From: Patescibacteria group bacterium | GTDB lineage: Bacteria > Patescibacteriota > Microgenomatia > UBA10105 > UBA927 | Direction: 5' to 3' | DNA length: 39,274 bases | Assembly: GCA_049322955.1 (NCBI GenBank) | Contig: JBMOPU010000012.1 | Span: 747,517 to 786,790, forward strand | Part shown: positions 27,478-37,757 of the stretch, piece after piece | Position numbering within the stretch: the stretch's first letter is position 1 | Layout of the letters: each line of letters begins with the position of its first letter | Program-made: the position numbers and the translations under genes | Notes under the pieces: model-generated | The model's database searches: none | What the model saw: the letters and a program-made list of their open reading frames with translations, nothing else | What the model was told of the DNA's origin: nothing

Positions 27478-30400
27478 TCAATCCATCTTTTTGATTTCAA
27501 ATCCTGGCTTGACGAAGTGATACGTATCGTATGAAGTATTGGTATCTGGAAGAATACCGGACACGATCACATCGTTGCCAAAGAAGCCTTTGATGGTGTC
27601 ACCTTCTTTGGTAAAGAGCTTCTCATCGGTCATAATCTTGGCTTCATCATAGCCAATATAGATTGGCAAGTATTTTTGACCGCCAATATAGACTGGCGCA
27701 AATCCATCGGCAGGGATTTTACCTGCGAGCTCTTTGGGTAGTTCTTTATCCATAGTGAAGAACTTCTTCTCTGTACCATCTGGTGTTTTTGCAACCATAA
27801 CATTTGCATTAGCCTCTTTCGTATCCATCTTTTCACCGGCAACCATCGTCGAACTGAATCGGGCAAACTCAATGAAAAGAAAGGTAAAGGCAACCATCAT
27901 AACCGCTGGTGCAAATTGTGACACATAGTTACGCTTTCCCGGCTTATACTGCCTCAGTAAGAGCGAGTTACCAACTACTGAGACGGAACTTAACGCCATG
28001 GCAAGACCTGCAAGCTCCGGTTTTAAGACTAAGCCGATGAAGCTGAATATGCGTGCGGCGATTGGTATGCCAATCACGTTATAAAAGAGCGCAAAGAACA
28101 TATTCTGCCGGATCTTTGATACGGTGCTCTTTGACAGTTCCAGTGCGTGCACGACATCCCGGAGATCATTTTTAATGATGACAATACCTCCAGTTTCCAT
28201 GGCAACGTCAGTGCCTGATCCCATGGCTATGCCAAGATCCGCTTGTGCAAGAGCTGGCGCGTCGTTAATACCGTCACCAACCATAGCAACCTTTTTGCCG
28301 GAATCCTGGAGTTTTTTGACCTCATTGGCTTTGTCTTGAGGCAATACCTCCGCAAGGATATTATCAATACCGACCTGAGAGGCAATGGCTTTGGCCGTTC
28401 GAGTATTGTCACCCGTTATCATCCAGACTTCGACACCCAGCTTCTTAAGGCGTTCTACTGCCTCACGAGAGGTATCTTTCACGGTATCGGCAACCGCAAC
28501 GACACCTTCAACCTGTTTCTTGGAGGCCAAGATCATTGCTGTCTTGCCTTGTTCTTCAAGCCGGGCAAGCTTTCGTTCAATGCGGCCAATATCGAGCCCA
28601 AGTTTATCAGCTATCAGTCTGCGGTTGCCTAAGTAATATTCGATTTTACCGATCTTTCCTTTGACCCCGTGACCAGGGATTGCTGAGAAACCATCAATAT
28701 CTTCCAATTTCATTCCTTCTTCTTGTGCGTAGGAATAAATAGCTTCTGCGAGTGGATGCTCAGATTGCTTTTCGAGACTGGCAGCAACCGTAAGCACTTC
28801 ATCTTCATCAAGAGTTCCGTAGTCCTCGACATCCGTTACTTCCGGCTTACCTTTGGTGATCGTGCCGGTTTTATCGAATACGATTGTATTGATCTTGCTG
28901 GCCGCTTCAAGCGGTTCGCCGCCTTTGACCAAAATACCGTGCTCTGCGCCAACACCTGTTCCCACCATAATGGCGGTAGGGGTCGCCAGTCCCAGTGCAC
29001 ACGGACATGCAATCACGATAACGGCGGTAAATGCCATGAGGGCAAATGACAATGTGGCTCCAAATACGAAGTACCAGACCACAAACGTGAGTATCGCTAC
29101 CAGAATAACTGCAGGCACAAAATACGCCGAAATTCGGTCTGCGACAGCCTGGATAGGGGCTTTCGACCCTTGAGCATCCTCGACTAATCGGATGATTTGT
29201 GCCAACGTGGTTTCACCACCAACGCGAGTGGCTTTAAATTCAAAACTGCCAACTTTGTTGATTGTTCCACCGATAACCATGTCTTCAACATGTTTTTCGA
29301 TCGGCAAACTTTCACCTGTAATCATCGATTCATCGACAGACGAAGATCCTTTGACAATAACCCCATCGACAGGAACTTTTTCACCCGGTCGGACAACGAT
29401 AATGTCACCGTTAACTACTTCTTCGACAGGAACATCGAGCGTTTCACCGTTTCTGATGACACGCGCAGTTTTAGCCTGAAGGCCCATAAGCTTTTTTATT
29501 GCTTCGCTGGTTCTGCCTTTGGCCTTCGCCTCAAGGAACTTCCCTAAGATAACAAAGGTAATTAAGAATGCCGCTGTTTCAAAGTAGAGTTCAGGAATTT
29601 TCGCTCCATTTAACCCTAATATCGATCCGGTCTTTGTGTAGTAAGACATGAAATTGACGAAACTGTAAAAATAGGCAACAGATGTACCTATGGCAATCAA
29701 ACTATCCATGTTAAAAGTCTTCATGCGCAGTGCCGAGATCATACCCTTATAAAAACTCGATCCTATGAAAAACTGGACCGGCGTTGATAAGACAAGCGAC
29801 CATATGCCGATATACGGTAGTAGAGCTGATTTAAACGGCATGGCAAAAAAGTCCATAAACATGAAATAGATCATCGGGGAAGACAAGACCAAACTGATCA
29901 AAAACTTCCTCCACTGACCTTTTATTTCCGCCTGTTGACGCAAGCCTTGGGCTTTGGAGTCCTCCCTATCAGCAGAAATCGCCCTATACCCTGCTTTCTC
30001 AATGCCCGCGATCAGATCTTCCAACTTTGCAATAGAAGAATCATGAACAATGGAAGCTTTCTCAGCTGCAAAGTTTACCTTTGCATCAGTGACTCCGGGA
30101 ACTTTTTTGAGTTGTCGCTCAATAATGGCCGCACACGAGGAACAATGCATGCCTTGAATAATCAAGTTAGTCCGCTCACCGGATTTGCCAACAGCATCAC
30201 CAGGGCATGGAGCTTTGGCATTTTGTACGGTCTCGAAAAAATTATTCCGTGTACCAATGCGAAGGATTCCTTTAATCGTCCAGAACCCATCGTCACTTTT
30301 GCCGATTTTTCCGTCAATTTCTACTTCCTGTGGCATAGTAAATGACACGGGAGTCGACGGGTGATCGAATTCTTCTCGGCTCAATGTTGAATGACCGTTT

Positions 30401-30627
30401 CCATTAGATGTGGGCAGAATGACACCGGTATATCCGGCGTTTTTAATAGCCTTAATGATCGCCTCATCAGTGATAAGCTTGCTGGTCGCAATAAGCGAGC
30501 CCTTGCCGGTTTTGGGATCAATTGAGATATCTTTTAATCCTGAGAGTGAAGACAGCTCGTCTTTAATGAGCATCTCACATGACTGGCAGTGCATTCCTTT
30601 AACTTCAAGATTTATTGTTCTGTTCAT
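27478..30627 (-). CDS. copA: Cu(I)-translocating P1B-1 ATPase with two N-terminal HMA domains and an extra C-terminal TM + domain
   Basis: GMHCQSC and GMHCSSC, TGES, CPC, DKTGT, EHP, GDGIND, YN, MALSS; 157-aa extension after the last canonical helix. Confidence 0.95.
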   Translation of the reverse strand: MNRTINLEVKGMHCQSCEMLIKDELSSLSGLKDISIDPKTGKGSLIATSKLITDEAIIKAIKNAGYTGVILPTSNGNGHSTLSREEFDHPSTPVSFTMPQEVEIDGKIGKSDDGFWTIKGILRIGTRNNFFETVQNAKAPCPGDAVGKSGERTNLIIQGMHCSSCAAIIERQLKKVPGVTDAKVNFAAEKASIVHDSSIAKLEDLIAGIEKAGYRAISADREDSKAQGLRQQAEIKGQWRKFLISLVLSSPMIYFMFMDFFAMPFKSALLPYIGIWSLVLSTPVQFFIGSSFYKGMISALRMKTFNMDSLIAIGTSVAYFYSFVNFMSYYTKTGSILGLNGAKIPELYFETAAFLITFVILGKFLEAKAKGRTSEAIKKLMGLQAKTARVIRNGETLDVPVEEVVNGDIIVVRPGEKVPVDGVIVKGSSSVDESMITGESLPIEKHVEDMVIGGTINKVGSFEFKATRVGGETTLAQIIRLVEDAQGSKAPIQAVADRISAYFVPAVILVAILTFVVWYFVFGATLSFALMAFTAVIVIACPCALGLATPTAIMVGTGVGAEHGILVKGGEPLEAASKINTIVFDKTGTITKGKPEVTDVEDYGTLDEDEVLTVAASLEKQSEHPLAEAIYSYAQEEGMKLEDIDGFSAIPGHGVKGKIGKIEYYLGNRRLIADKLGLDIGRIERKLARLEEQGKTAMILASKKQVEGVVAVADTVKDTSREAVERLKKLGVEVWMITGDNTRTAKAIASQVGIDNILAEVLPQDKANEVKKLQDSGKKVAMVGDGINDAPALAQADLGIAMGSGTDVAMETGGIVIIKNDLRDVVHALELSKSTVSKIRQNMFFALFYNVIGIPIAARIFSFIGLVLKPELAGLAMALSSVSVVGNSLLLRQYKPGKRNYVSQFAPAVMMVAFTFLFIEFARFSSTMVAGEKMDTKEANANVMVAKTPDGTEKKFFTMDKELPKELAGKIPADGFAPVYIGGQKYLPIYIGYDEAKIMTDEKLFTKEGDTIKGFFGNDVIVSGILPDTNTSYDTYHFVKPGFEIKKMD

Positions 30628-30631
30628 ATGA

Positions 30632-30838
30632 TTATCCTTCTATAAAATATGAGGTATCCATCAATACCTCGTTGATTTGTACGCTTGTAATAGGACTCTG
30701 GGATTCCACATGGGCAGAACCATTCGAAACGGTTACTTCAACGTGAATCACTCCGGGAAGTGAACTGATTCGTTTTTCAGTTATCTTTTTGCAGGCTGGG
30801 CAGGTGAGGCCGGTTAGTGTAAATGTTTGTGTGTTCAT
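30632..30838 (-). CDS. copZ: CopZ-like HMA metallochaperone
   Basis: 68 aa, [16 protein letters not shown]; SD AAGGAG; adjacent to copA. Confidence 0.85.
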   Translation of the reverse strand: MNTQTFTLTGLTCPACKKITEKRISSLPGVIHVEVTVSNGSAHVESQSPITSVQINEVLMDTSYFIEG

Positions 30839-30850
30839 ATAACTCCTTTC

Positions 30851-32662
30851 TTAAATAACTTGTATTTGTCCCCTTGGCATACCCATTCCACAAGTAATGT
30901 TGAATGTGCCTTTATTTGTCGGGGTAAAGTCAAAGACTATTTTTTCGCCTTTCGTCAGCATCTCTACCTTTTTAACAAGCGTGGGGAGAGTAATACTCCC
31001 CATACAGCCCTGCCCATCTTCTTTGACATCAATTTCCATCCGTACCCGTTGACCCGCTTTGACTGTAAAGGTATTTGGCTGAATATCATTGGTTGCGGTA
31101 TATGTTGTTTTAATAATCTGGACATCTCCTTGCGTGACGGTCTTTCCTGCAGGGAGATTGTTATTTTGTTCTATTACCTGTTTCTTAGCTACGCACCCGC
31201 ACCCACTGCCACTGGCACTGCACGAACCTGCAACAGCAGGTGCCTGAGCCTGAGAATTGGAAAGAGTTATTTGCTGGGGAGCTGTTGCACCTTTGTCATC
31301 CACAACGGTGAATGAGCCCGTGTACATACCCATCGAGCAGGAAAAGCGGATGGTGCCTGTTTCTTTGGGAGTAAATTCAAAGACATTTTCTCCAAGCTGG
31401 AGTCCTTTACGGATGTTTAGCTGTTGTGATGCGATGCTAGCCGCACAGGTATAAATATCGGTAGAAGTAATAATCCATTTAACAGGAATACCTTTTCTGA
31501 TTGTAAATTTATTTGGTTTATATCCACCAGATGCCTGAGTCATCCGCACTTCCTGTACGCCATCCACAATTTTGACGTTTGGATCTGAGACAGTATTTCC
31601 GGCCGAGGCTTTGGTTATGAAGACTCCGAGAACCGAAGGAGTCACACCCAAGAGATTAAGACCATTTGTGATATTAAAAAGTGACAAGAGAATAACAACC
31701 ACACCTGCAGTCTTAAAGAATAGCCTTGCGGCATTTCCTTTGACTACAGAGGTGAGACCACCAATTCCTAGTAACCCGGGAGCAGTACCAAGTGCAAACA
31801 CACCCATGGTAAGAGCACCCGTTAATGGACTTCCAGAGCTCATCGCAAAGAGCTGCATGGCTTGAGTGAAGCCACACGGCAAGAAGAATGTAGATGCCCC
31901 GAGAAGTGCGGAATTTTTGTTGCTGTACTCTAGCTCAGTTTGATCCTTAATTCCTAATGCTCGACTGATACCTTTAGGTAAGGTAAATGAGATTCGTTTT
32001 AAAAAGGGGAAAATATCAATTAGCTGGCCACCCAATAAAAGCATGACTAATCCTACAATAACCGTGAGCATGCCAAGAACTGAGGTAGAAAGCTGGAATA
32101 TTGATCCTAAGAAACCAAGCACACCTCCTAGTACAAAATAGGACGCGATTCTACCCACGTTAAAGTAAATATGGGGCGTGAACTTTTCCATACCAGTTGC
32201 ACGAGGATTTTTTGCGGAGAAGCGTGCGGCAGCACCCAATACTAATCCACCCACCAGTGCCATACACGTAGATACGCCTGCAGTTAACCCAACGATAAAG
32301 ACAACGGGTAAACTTGAATAGTTTCCGGTAATGGATTTACCTAAATCAAAAATTCCCAAAGATTTTGCAACAAAATATAAAGCGACTGTTATAAAAAAGG
32401 CAATCCCTAAATCTATATAGTCTTTGCGGTTTTTGGAAATGAGTGGCAATTTGCCGTCTTCTCCTACAACATACCCTGCGTCTTCGACTGCACATCTGAC
32501 CTCACTCGGGTCAAGCTCACACTCGCAGTCAACATCGGCAACCCCGGTTTTGTGGTTGACGTAGACGCCCGTGACACCTTTAACTTTTCTCAACTCGTCC
32601 TCGATTAGTATCTCGCACGAGCGGCAATGCATGCCTTTTATGTGAATTTTTTGTCTGCTCAT
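30851..32662 (-). CDS. HMA + DsbD_2/TauE-like TM domain + two CupA-like cupredoxin domains
   Basis: GMHCRSC; TM region with STCMALVGG, FNVGRIASY, FLPCG; C-terminal repeats ending FSCSMGM and ITCGMGM. Start 32662 supported by a -10 7 nt upstream. Confidence 0.85.
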   Translation of the reverse strand: MSRQKIHIKGMHCRSCEILIEDELRKVKGVTGVYVNHKTGVADVDCECELDPSEVRCAVEDAGYVVGEDGKLPLISKNRKDYIDLGIAFFITVALYFVAKSLGIFDLGKSITGNYSSLPVVFIVGLTAGVSTCMALVGGLVLGAAARFSAKNPRATGMEKFTPHIYFNVGRIASYFVLGGVLGFLGSIFQLSTSVLGMLTVIVGLVMLLLGGQLIDIFPFLKRISFTLPKGISRALGIKDQTELEYSNKNSALLGASTFFLPCGFTQAMQLFAMSSGSPLTGALTMGVFALGTAPGLLGIGGLTSVVKGNAARLFFKTAGVVVILLSLFNITNGLNLLGVTPSVLGVFITKASAGNTVSDPNVKIVDGVQEVRMTQASGGYKPNKFTIRKGIPVKWIITSTDIYTCAASIASQQLNIRKGLQLGENVFEFTPKETGTIRFSCSMGMYTGSFTVVDDKGATAPQQITLSNSQAQAPAVAGSCSASGSGCGCVAKKQVIEQNNNLPAGKTVTQGDVQIIKTTYTATNDIQPNTFTVKAGQRVRMEIDVKEDGQGCMGSITLPTLVKKVEMLTKGEKIVFDFTPTNKGTFNITCGMGMPRGQIQVI

Positions 32663-32686
32663 TGTTATGAGCATAAAGCTTGGGCT

Positions 32687-32704
32687 ATGAAGATTTTATG
32701 AAGA
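32687..32704 (-). promoter_or_regulatory. Direct-repeat box 1 (TCTTCAT-AAAA-TCTTCAT), putative OmpR-family response-regulator site
   Basis: Perfect 7-mer repeat with 11-bp period, 11 nt upstream of -10 TATGCT (32670-32675). Confidence 0.7.
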
Positions 32705-32724
32705 TATGGATGGCAGCTTAAGGC

Positions 32725-34971
32725 TTAGGCAATAGCGACAAGGTCTTTTTCTGCACGCTTGAGTAAGACGGCATTGGTTGCCACGATAATAGAGGATACG
32801 GACATAAGGAGAGCAGAAACCTCCGGACGAAGGGTAATACCGTAACTTGGATATAGCAGTCCCGCAGCTACGGGAATAGCCAACAAATTATAGATGCTTG
32901 CCCAGACAAGGTTTTCTTTCATCTTGCGAACGGTTGCTTTGGAAAGCTTTATTGCCCGCAACACATCTGACGGATCCGATTTCATGAGGACTACTTTGGC
33001 TGTTTCAATAGCCACGTCCGTTCCTGCGCCGATGGCAATCCCGATGTCGGCTTGCGCAAGTGCTGGTGCGTCATTAACTCCATCCCCCACCATTGCGGTG
33101 AATTTACCCTCCGCCTGGAGTTTTTTGACATAGGATGCTTTATCTTCAGGCAAAACTTCTGCAAAAACCCTGTCGATGCCTAATTGCTTGCCGATGGTAT
33201 CTGCAGTCTTTTGGTTATCACCGGTAATCATTGCAACTGTAAGTCCCATATCTTTCATGCGAGAAATCGCCGATTTCGCATTTGCCTTCACTGGATCAGA
33301 TGCAGCGGCAACTCCGGCAATTTTCCCACCAACCGCAAGCACCATAATAGTTTTGCCTTCACCAAGCAGTCTATCAATATCCGATCGAATAGGTTCAATG
33401 GATATATTTCTATCCATCATAAGCTTGTTTGTTCCGACCAGGACATTTTTGCCATTAACGATAGCTTCCACCCCATGACCAGCCAAATTCTGAAATTTTT
33501 CGACGGATGGAGAAAGGGTAACCTTTCGTTTTTTCGCTTCCTCGAGTACTGCCAAACTTAAAGGATGGGATGACTTTGCTTCTACAGCGGCATCAAGAGC
33601 AATAATATCGTCTTCAGTAAAACCGGGTGCCGCGACAACATCAGTAATAATAGGTTTGCCTTCGGTTAGCGTACCAGTTTTATCCATAACAAGAGCTTGA
33701 ATTTTAGATACCTGCTCAAGTGTCGGGGCGTCCTTAATAAGGATATTGTGTTTAGCCCCCAATCCGGTACCGACTGCTACAGCCGTAGGGGTAGCAAGCC
33801 CCAATGCGTCCGGACAGGCAATAACAACGGTAGATATGGCAAATGTCAAAGCAGTCATGAGGGTTGCACCTAATACAAAATACCAAACACCAAATGTCAA
33901 AAGTCCACCACCCACAGCTACAATGACAAGATATTTAGCAAAACGGTCTGCAATCTTTTGTCTAGGCGCTTTGGAGTTTTGTGCCGTTTCTACCATTTTG
34001 ACGATTTGGGCAAGGGCAGTGTCCGAACCGATTTTGGTCGCTTTAAACTGAACCGAGCCCGAAGTATTAATTGATCCACCAATAACACTATCGCCAATTG
34101 ATTTAGTAATCGGCAATGATTCACCAGTTACCAAGGATTCATCAATAGCAGTTTCGCCTTCGATTATTTCACCATCGACTGGAACTTTGTCACCAGGCTT
34201 AAGAATAAGGATTTCGCCAAGCTTTACTTCGGAGGTGGGAATGAGTACTTCCTTGCCCTTCCGCATCACTCGAGCCTGAGGCGGGACAAGATTAAATAGT
34301 GCCTGCAAAGCATCTGTCGTGCCACGCCGTGACTTCATTTCCATCCAATGACCAAATAATACAAACGTTGTGAGCATTGCGGCCGCCTCGTAAAACGATT
34401 CTTCACTGCCAAGGAGTGTCAGGACAATACTAAATGCATATGCCGCAGTAATACCTACTGCTATAAGCACAGCCATATTAAGAGTTCTAGCTTGCAGTGC
34501 TTTATACGTTGAATACAAAAAGATCCAACCGGAATAAAAATAGACGGGTGTTGTCAAAAGGAACATGATCCATGAAGCCGGAATAGGTGTCGGAAGCGTG
34601 AGCCCGAGCATATTCGTTCCCATGGGCGAATAGGCAATGATAGGGAGTGTTAAAAGAAGTGACACGAAAAACTTGTTGCGTATATCCTCTTCCATAAGGC
34701 GCGCCATCTCACGGCCAGCAAGTCCTGTATGATCCATTCCCATCGACATCGTCATGCTCATTCTGAGTTTTTCCCAAAAAGTCATACCGGAAACAGGCTT
34801 CATTGCATGATGATCGTGTACATTTTCGCTATTGGAAGAATGATCTGAGGATTTCTCAAGCGGGACAAGGATCATTCCGCATTTGGGGCAGGTTCCTGGT
34901 GCATCCTTTATAACTTCAGGATGCATTGAACAGGTATATTGCTGGTTCGTTCCATGGGCAGAGTGATCCAT
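32725..34971 (-). CDS. P1B-type heavy-metal ATPase (CopB-like) with HMBD and CPD motif
   Basis: YTCSMHPE...CPKCGM, His/Met-rich linker, GHWMEM, TGES, CPD, DKTGT, SHP, GDGVND, YN, MSVSS. Confidence 0.92.
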   Translation of the reverse strand: MDHSAHGTNQQYTCSMHPEVIKDAPGTCPKCGMILVPLEKSSDHSSNSENVHDHHAMKPVSGMTFWEKLRMSMTMSMGMDHTGLAGREMARLMEEDIRNKFFVSLLLTLPIIAYSPMGTNMLGLTLPTPIPASWIMFLLTTPVYFYSGWIFLYSTYKALQARTLNMAVLIAVGITAAYAFSIVLTLLGSEESFYEAAAMLTTFVLFGHWMEMKSRRGTTDALQALFNLVPPQARVMRKGKEVLIPTSEVKLGEILILKPGDKVPVDGEIIEGETAIDESLVTGESLPITKSIGDSVIGGSINTSGSVQFKATKIGSDTALAQIVKMVETAQNSKAPRQKIADRFAKYLVIVAVGGGLLTFGVWYFVLGATLMTALTFAISTVVIACPDALGLATPTAVAVGTGLGAKHNILIKDAPTLEQVSKIQALVMDKTGTLTEGKPIITDVVAAPGFTEDDIIALDAAVEAKSSHPLSLAVLEEAKKRKVTLSPSVEKFQNLAGHGVEAIVNGKNVLVGTNKLMMDRNISIEPIRSDIDRLLGEGKTIMVLAVGGKIAGVAAASDPVKANAKSAISRMKDMGLTVAMITGDNQKTADTIGKQLGIDRVFAEVLPEDKASYVKKLQAEGKFTAMVGDGVNDAPALAQADIGIAIGAGTDVAIETAKVVLMKSDPSDVLRAIKLSKATVRKMKENLVWASIYNLLAIPVAAGLLYPSYGITLRPEVSALLMSVSSIIVATNAVLLKRAEKDLVAIA

Positions 34972-34974
34972 GAC

Positions 34975-35607
34975 TTATTTACTCCACTGGGTAAGCCAAC
35001 TACGCATCTGATCTATTTCACTGGTTTGAGCCGCGATAATATCATCAGCTAACTTTCGCATCTCAGGTCTGCTCGAACCGTCTTTTAACATACTGGCCAT
35101 CATAACAGCCATCTGGTGATGTGGGATCATATCTTCAACAAACGCTTTATCAAAATCTGCCGCATTCTCTAGTCGGATTGAGTCTGTTTCGTTGCCCATC
35201 ATACCCATGTGCATGCTTTGGCTTCCGCCCATCATGCCGTGTTGATTCATGACATTTTTACCTGTCGGAAGATCTCTTCCAAACCAGTCTTTATACCACG
35301 ATTTCATTTGTGTAATTTCAGCACCCTGAGAGGTTATGATATTTTTTGCTAGCTGCTTGACCTCAGAAGTCTTAGCTTTGGTTTCTGCAATCTGCGCCAT
35401 AGTAATAGCATCTTCATGATGGGGAATCATCTGCTCTATAAAATGTGCGTCCAAACTATCGGAATTAGCAGAACCCGCAGTACGAAGTCCCATCATCTGC
35501 ATCATACCCACGTTGTTTGTCAGAACAGCCGAAGAGAATAAAACCCAGACAAGGACAGCTCCAAGGATGACACCACCAATTGCGTAGAGATTCTTATCGT
35601 TTTTCAT
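34975..35607 (-). CDS. DUF305 / CopM-like copper-binding protein
   Basis: Two F..xMIPHH..A..M...Q.xEI.QM repeats, Met-rich linker, N-terminal TM; SD AGGAGG before ATG 35607. Confidence 0.9.
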   Translation of the reverse strand: MKNDKNLYAIGGVILGAVLVWVLFSSAVLTNNVGMMQMMGLRTAGSANSDSLDAHFIEQMIPHHEDAITMAQIAETKAKTSEVKQLAKNIITSQGAEITQMKSWYKDWFGRDLPTGKNVMNQHGMMGGSQSMHMGMMGNETDSIRLENAADFDKAFVEDMIPHHQMAVMMASMLKDGSSRPEMRKLADDIIAAQTSEIDQMRSWLTQWSK

Positions 35608-35670
35608 TTTTGCACCTCCTTGTGTAGTCATAGGTCTATCTTATTTAATAGTACAACATCTTGGCTGGAA

Positions 35671-36054
35671 TTATTTGACCGTTAGAAATGCGTTACCCAT
35701 ACCATTTGCGCAGTGAATCCGGTACTTTCCTGATTTATCAGCAACAAATTCCAAAACGTTGTCAACTTCAGTGATATCTTTACTTAATTCGTATCCATCA
35801 ACGACAACTTTGCTCATCGATCCAACGAGGGTTGACGGATCTCCCTCTATTCTTACTTTAGTACCTTGTTTTACTTCAAATTTTTGATTTGTATAATTGC
35901 CATTAGGCAAGCTTGAAAGCTTGATAACTGCAACTTCTCCCGCCATCAGCACACCTTTGCCATCGCCTGTAGCGGAAGAATTGAATTTTGTATAACCAAG
36001 AGCGCCTGCGACAATGGCGATAATGACGATGACGATACCTATCTTTTTATTCAT
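35671..36054 (-). CDS. Membrane-anchored cupredoxin-like protein
   Basis: N-terminal anchor; FEVKQGTKVRI...LEFVADKSGKYRIHCANGMG. Confidence 0.75.
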   Translation of the reverse strand: MNKKIGIVIVIIAIVAGALGYTKFNSSATGDGKGVLMAGEVAVIKLSSLPNGNYTNQKFEVKQGTKVRIEGDPSTLVGSMSKVVVDGYELSKDITEVDNVLEFVADKSGKYRIHCANGMGNAFLTVK

Positions 36055-36072
36055 ATATAAATCCTTTCATTG

Positions 36073-36285
36073 TTAATGTTTGTGATCCCCATTTTTCATC
36101 ATCAAGACGTGTAAAAGCGGACAAGCAAGAAATAGTGCACCGGTTGCAATAGTATTAACCGGGACTTTGAAGACGGTAATTGCTAATAAAATTACCGCTC
36201 CCAGAGCAATACAAATTCCAGCCCATTTCAATGGATTGCTTATCGGAGCCGCTTTCATAACATGGTGATTGCTATGATTTTCCAT
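36073..36285 (-). CDS. DUF2933-like small membrane protein
   Basis: Two TMs, LACPLLHVLMM, His-rich termini; SD AGGAGG. Confidence 0.78.
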   Translation of the reverse strand: MENHSNHHVMKAAPISNPLKWAGICIALGAVILLAITVFKVPVNTIATGALFLACPLLHVLMMKNGDHKH

Positions 36286-36332
36286 ACCAAAACCTCCTTT
36301 TGATACCTGTGATTGAGTATAAAAAGTAAAGT

Positions 36333-36350
36333 ATGAAGAAATCGTTAAGT
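36333..36350 (-). promoter_or_regulatory. Direct-repeat box 2 (ACTTAAC-GATT-TCTTCAT)
   Basis: 11 nt upstream of -10 TATACT (36316-36321); upstream half overlaps the kinase TAA stop. Confidence 0.65.
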
Positions 36351-37757
36351 TTGTTGTTTAGCTATGGGGAGAACAATTGTTATTGTGGTGCCGTGTCCAG
36401 GTTTACTGCTTACTTGAATGTCTCCTTGATGTGCTTTAATAATGCCATGGGCTATGGCAAGGCCTAACCCGGAACCAACTGTTCGGGCAGTTTTAGATCC
36501 ACGATAGAATCGTTCAAACATGTGCTTCTGCTCATCTGCAGGAATACCTATTCCAGAATCCTTAACGACAAAAAACACATGATGCTTATTCTTCTTTAAG
36601 GAAAGTACTACCGATTTTCCTGCCGGTGTATATTTAATTGCATTATCGATAATGTTGAGAAATGCCCGGAATATTTTGTCTTCAACTCCCTCAATATGTA
36701 TACCAGAAGCGATTGATGAGGTAATAGTAATTTTTTTATCCGTTGCTAATTTCTCAGCTATTTCTTGCAAGTCACCGGAAATTCTAGATAAATCGATTAG
36801 GCCTTTCATTGTGTGAGCATTTTCTGCACCAATCCAAGCCAAGTCTAAGATATTCTTTACTGTCTGAGATAAATGATCCACATCAACTAAAGTGTCGGCA
36901 TATGCTTTTTTATAGTCGTCGTTTGTTCGTGCTTTATTGAGAGTGATTTCAATACTGCTTCTCAGTGTTGCAAGCGGTGTTTTGAGTTCGTGCGCCATAT
37001 CACCAATAAATTGCCGTTCTCGCTCAAATGCATCGTGTAAGTGATCAAGAAGTCCGTTAAATGTCTGTGAGAGTTCTTCCAGCTCATCACCAGTTTTGGG
37101 ATTTGGTATACGTTCATTAAGATTTTCTGCACTGATTTTTTTAAGCTGATGCGACATGGCGGCAACAGGATTCATTGCTTTCCCGGCAAGAACAATACCG
37201 CCTAGTAAACTTAAAAGAAATACGCCGACGTATACAATGACGAGTGTGATGGCGAGCGTGTTGAGGGAATTTTGTATGACATCCATGGGTTGCCCCATAA
37301 TAACCAGGACTTTTGATCCGTCACTTTGTTTCACAGGGAAAACCCCGAGACGAACGGTACTTGAACCGATGTATCGATTGACGAACGTGGATTTTATGAT
37401 ATTCGCAGATTTTTCTAAGAGTTCTTCTGCAACCGCTTCGTTTCCTCCTAAGCTTTGCGATGAATAGAGAATCTTGCCCAAAGGATCACCAATGATAAGT
37501 ACCATGCCCGGCATTTCCGTAAACTGGTGCGCAAATGCCTGACTGTTGTTTATAAATGACGCACTCATAGCGTTACTATCTTCCTGGGCAATAATATCTA
37601 CAATGCGGTCGGTATGAGAAGTGATAGCCGCATCCGTATGAGAAAGTAAGGATTGCTGGGTAAGAAAATAAAAGGAGACAAAAAGAATCGCCATTGCGAA
37701 AGAAAAAATGGAGGTATACCATGCACTGACTCGAAATCGCATGCTTTTTGTATTCAT
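36345..37757 (-). CDS. Sensor histidine kinase (HAMP-HisKA-HATPase, CusS/CzcS-like)
   Basis: Two TMs, HAMP GDELEELSQTFN, H-box AHELKTPL, NAIKYT, DSGIGI, GSGLGLAI. Confidence 0.95.
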   Translation of the reverse strand: MNTKSMRFRVSAWYTSIFSFAMAILFVSFYFLTQQSLLSHTDAAITSHTDRIVDIIAQEDSNAMSASFINNSQAFAHQFTEMPGMVLIIGDPLGKILYSSQSLGGNEAVAEELLEKSANIIKSTFVNRYIGSSTVRLGVFPVKQSDGSKVLVIMGQPMDVIQNSLNTLAITLVIVYVGVFLLSLLGGIVLAGKAMNPVAAMSHQLKKISAENLNERIPNPKTGDELEELSQTFNGLLDHLHDAFERERQFIGDMAHELKTPLATLRSSIEITLNKARTNDDYKKAYADTLVDVDHLSQTVKNILDLAWIGAENAHTMKGLIDLSRISGDLQEIAEKLATDKKITITSSIASGIHIEGVEDKIFRAFLNIIDNAIKYTPAGKSVVLSLKKNKHHVFFVVKDSGIGIPADEQKHMFERFYRGSKTARTVGSGLGLAIAHGIIKAHQGDIQVSSKPGHGTTITIVLPIAKQQT

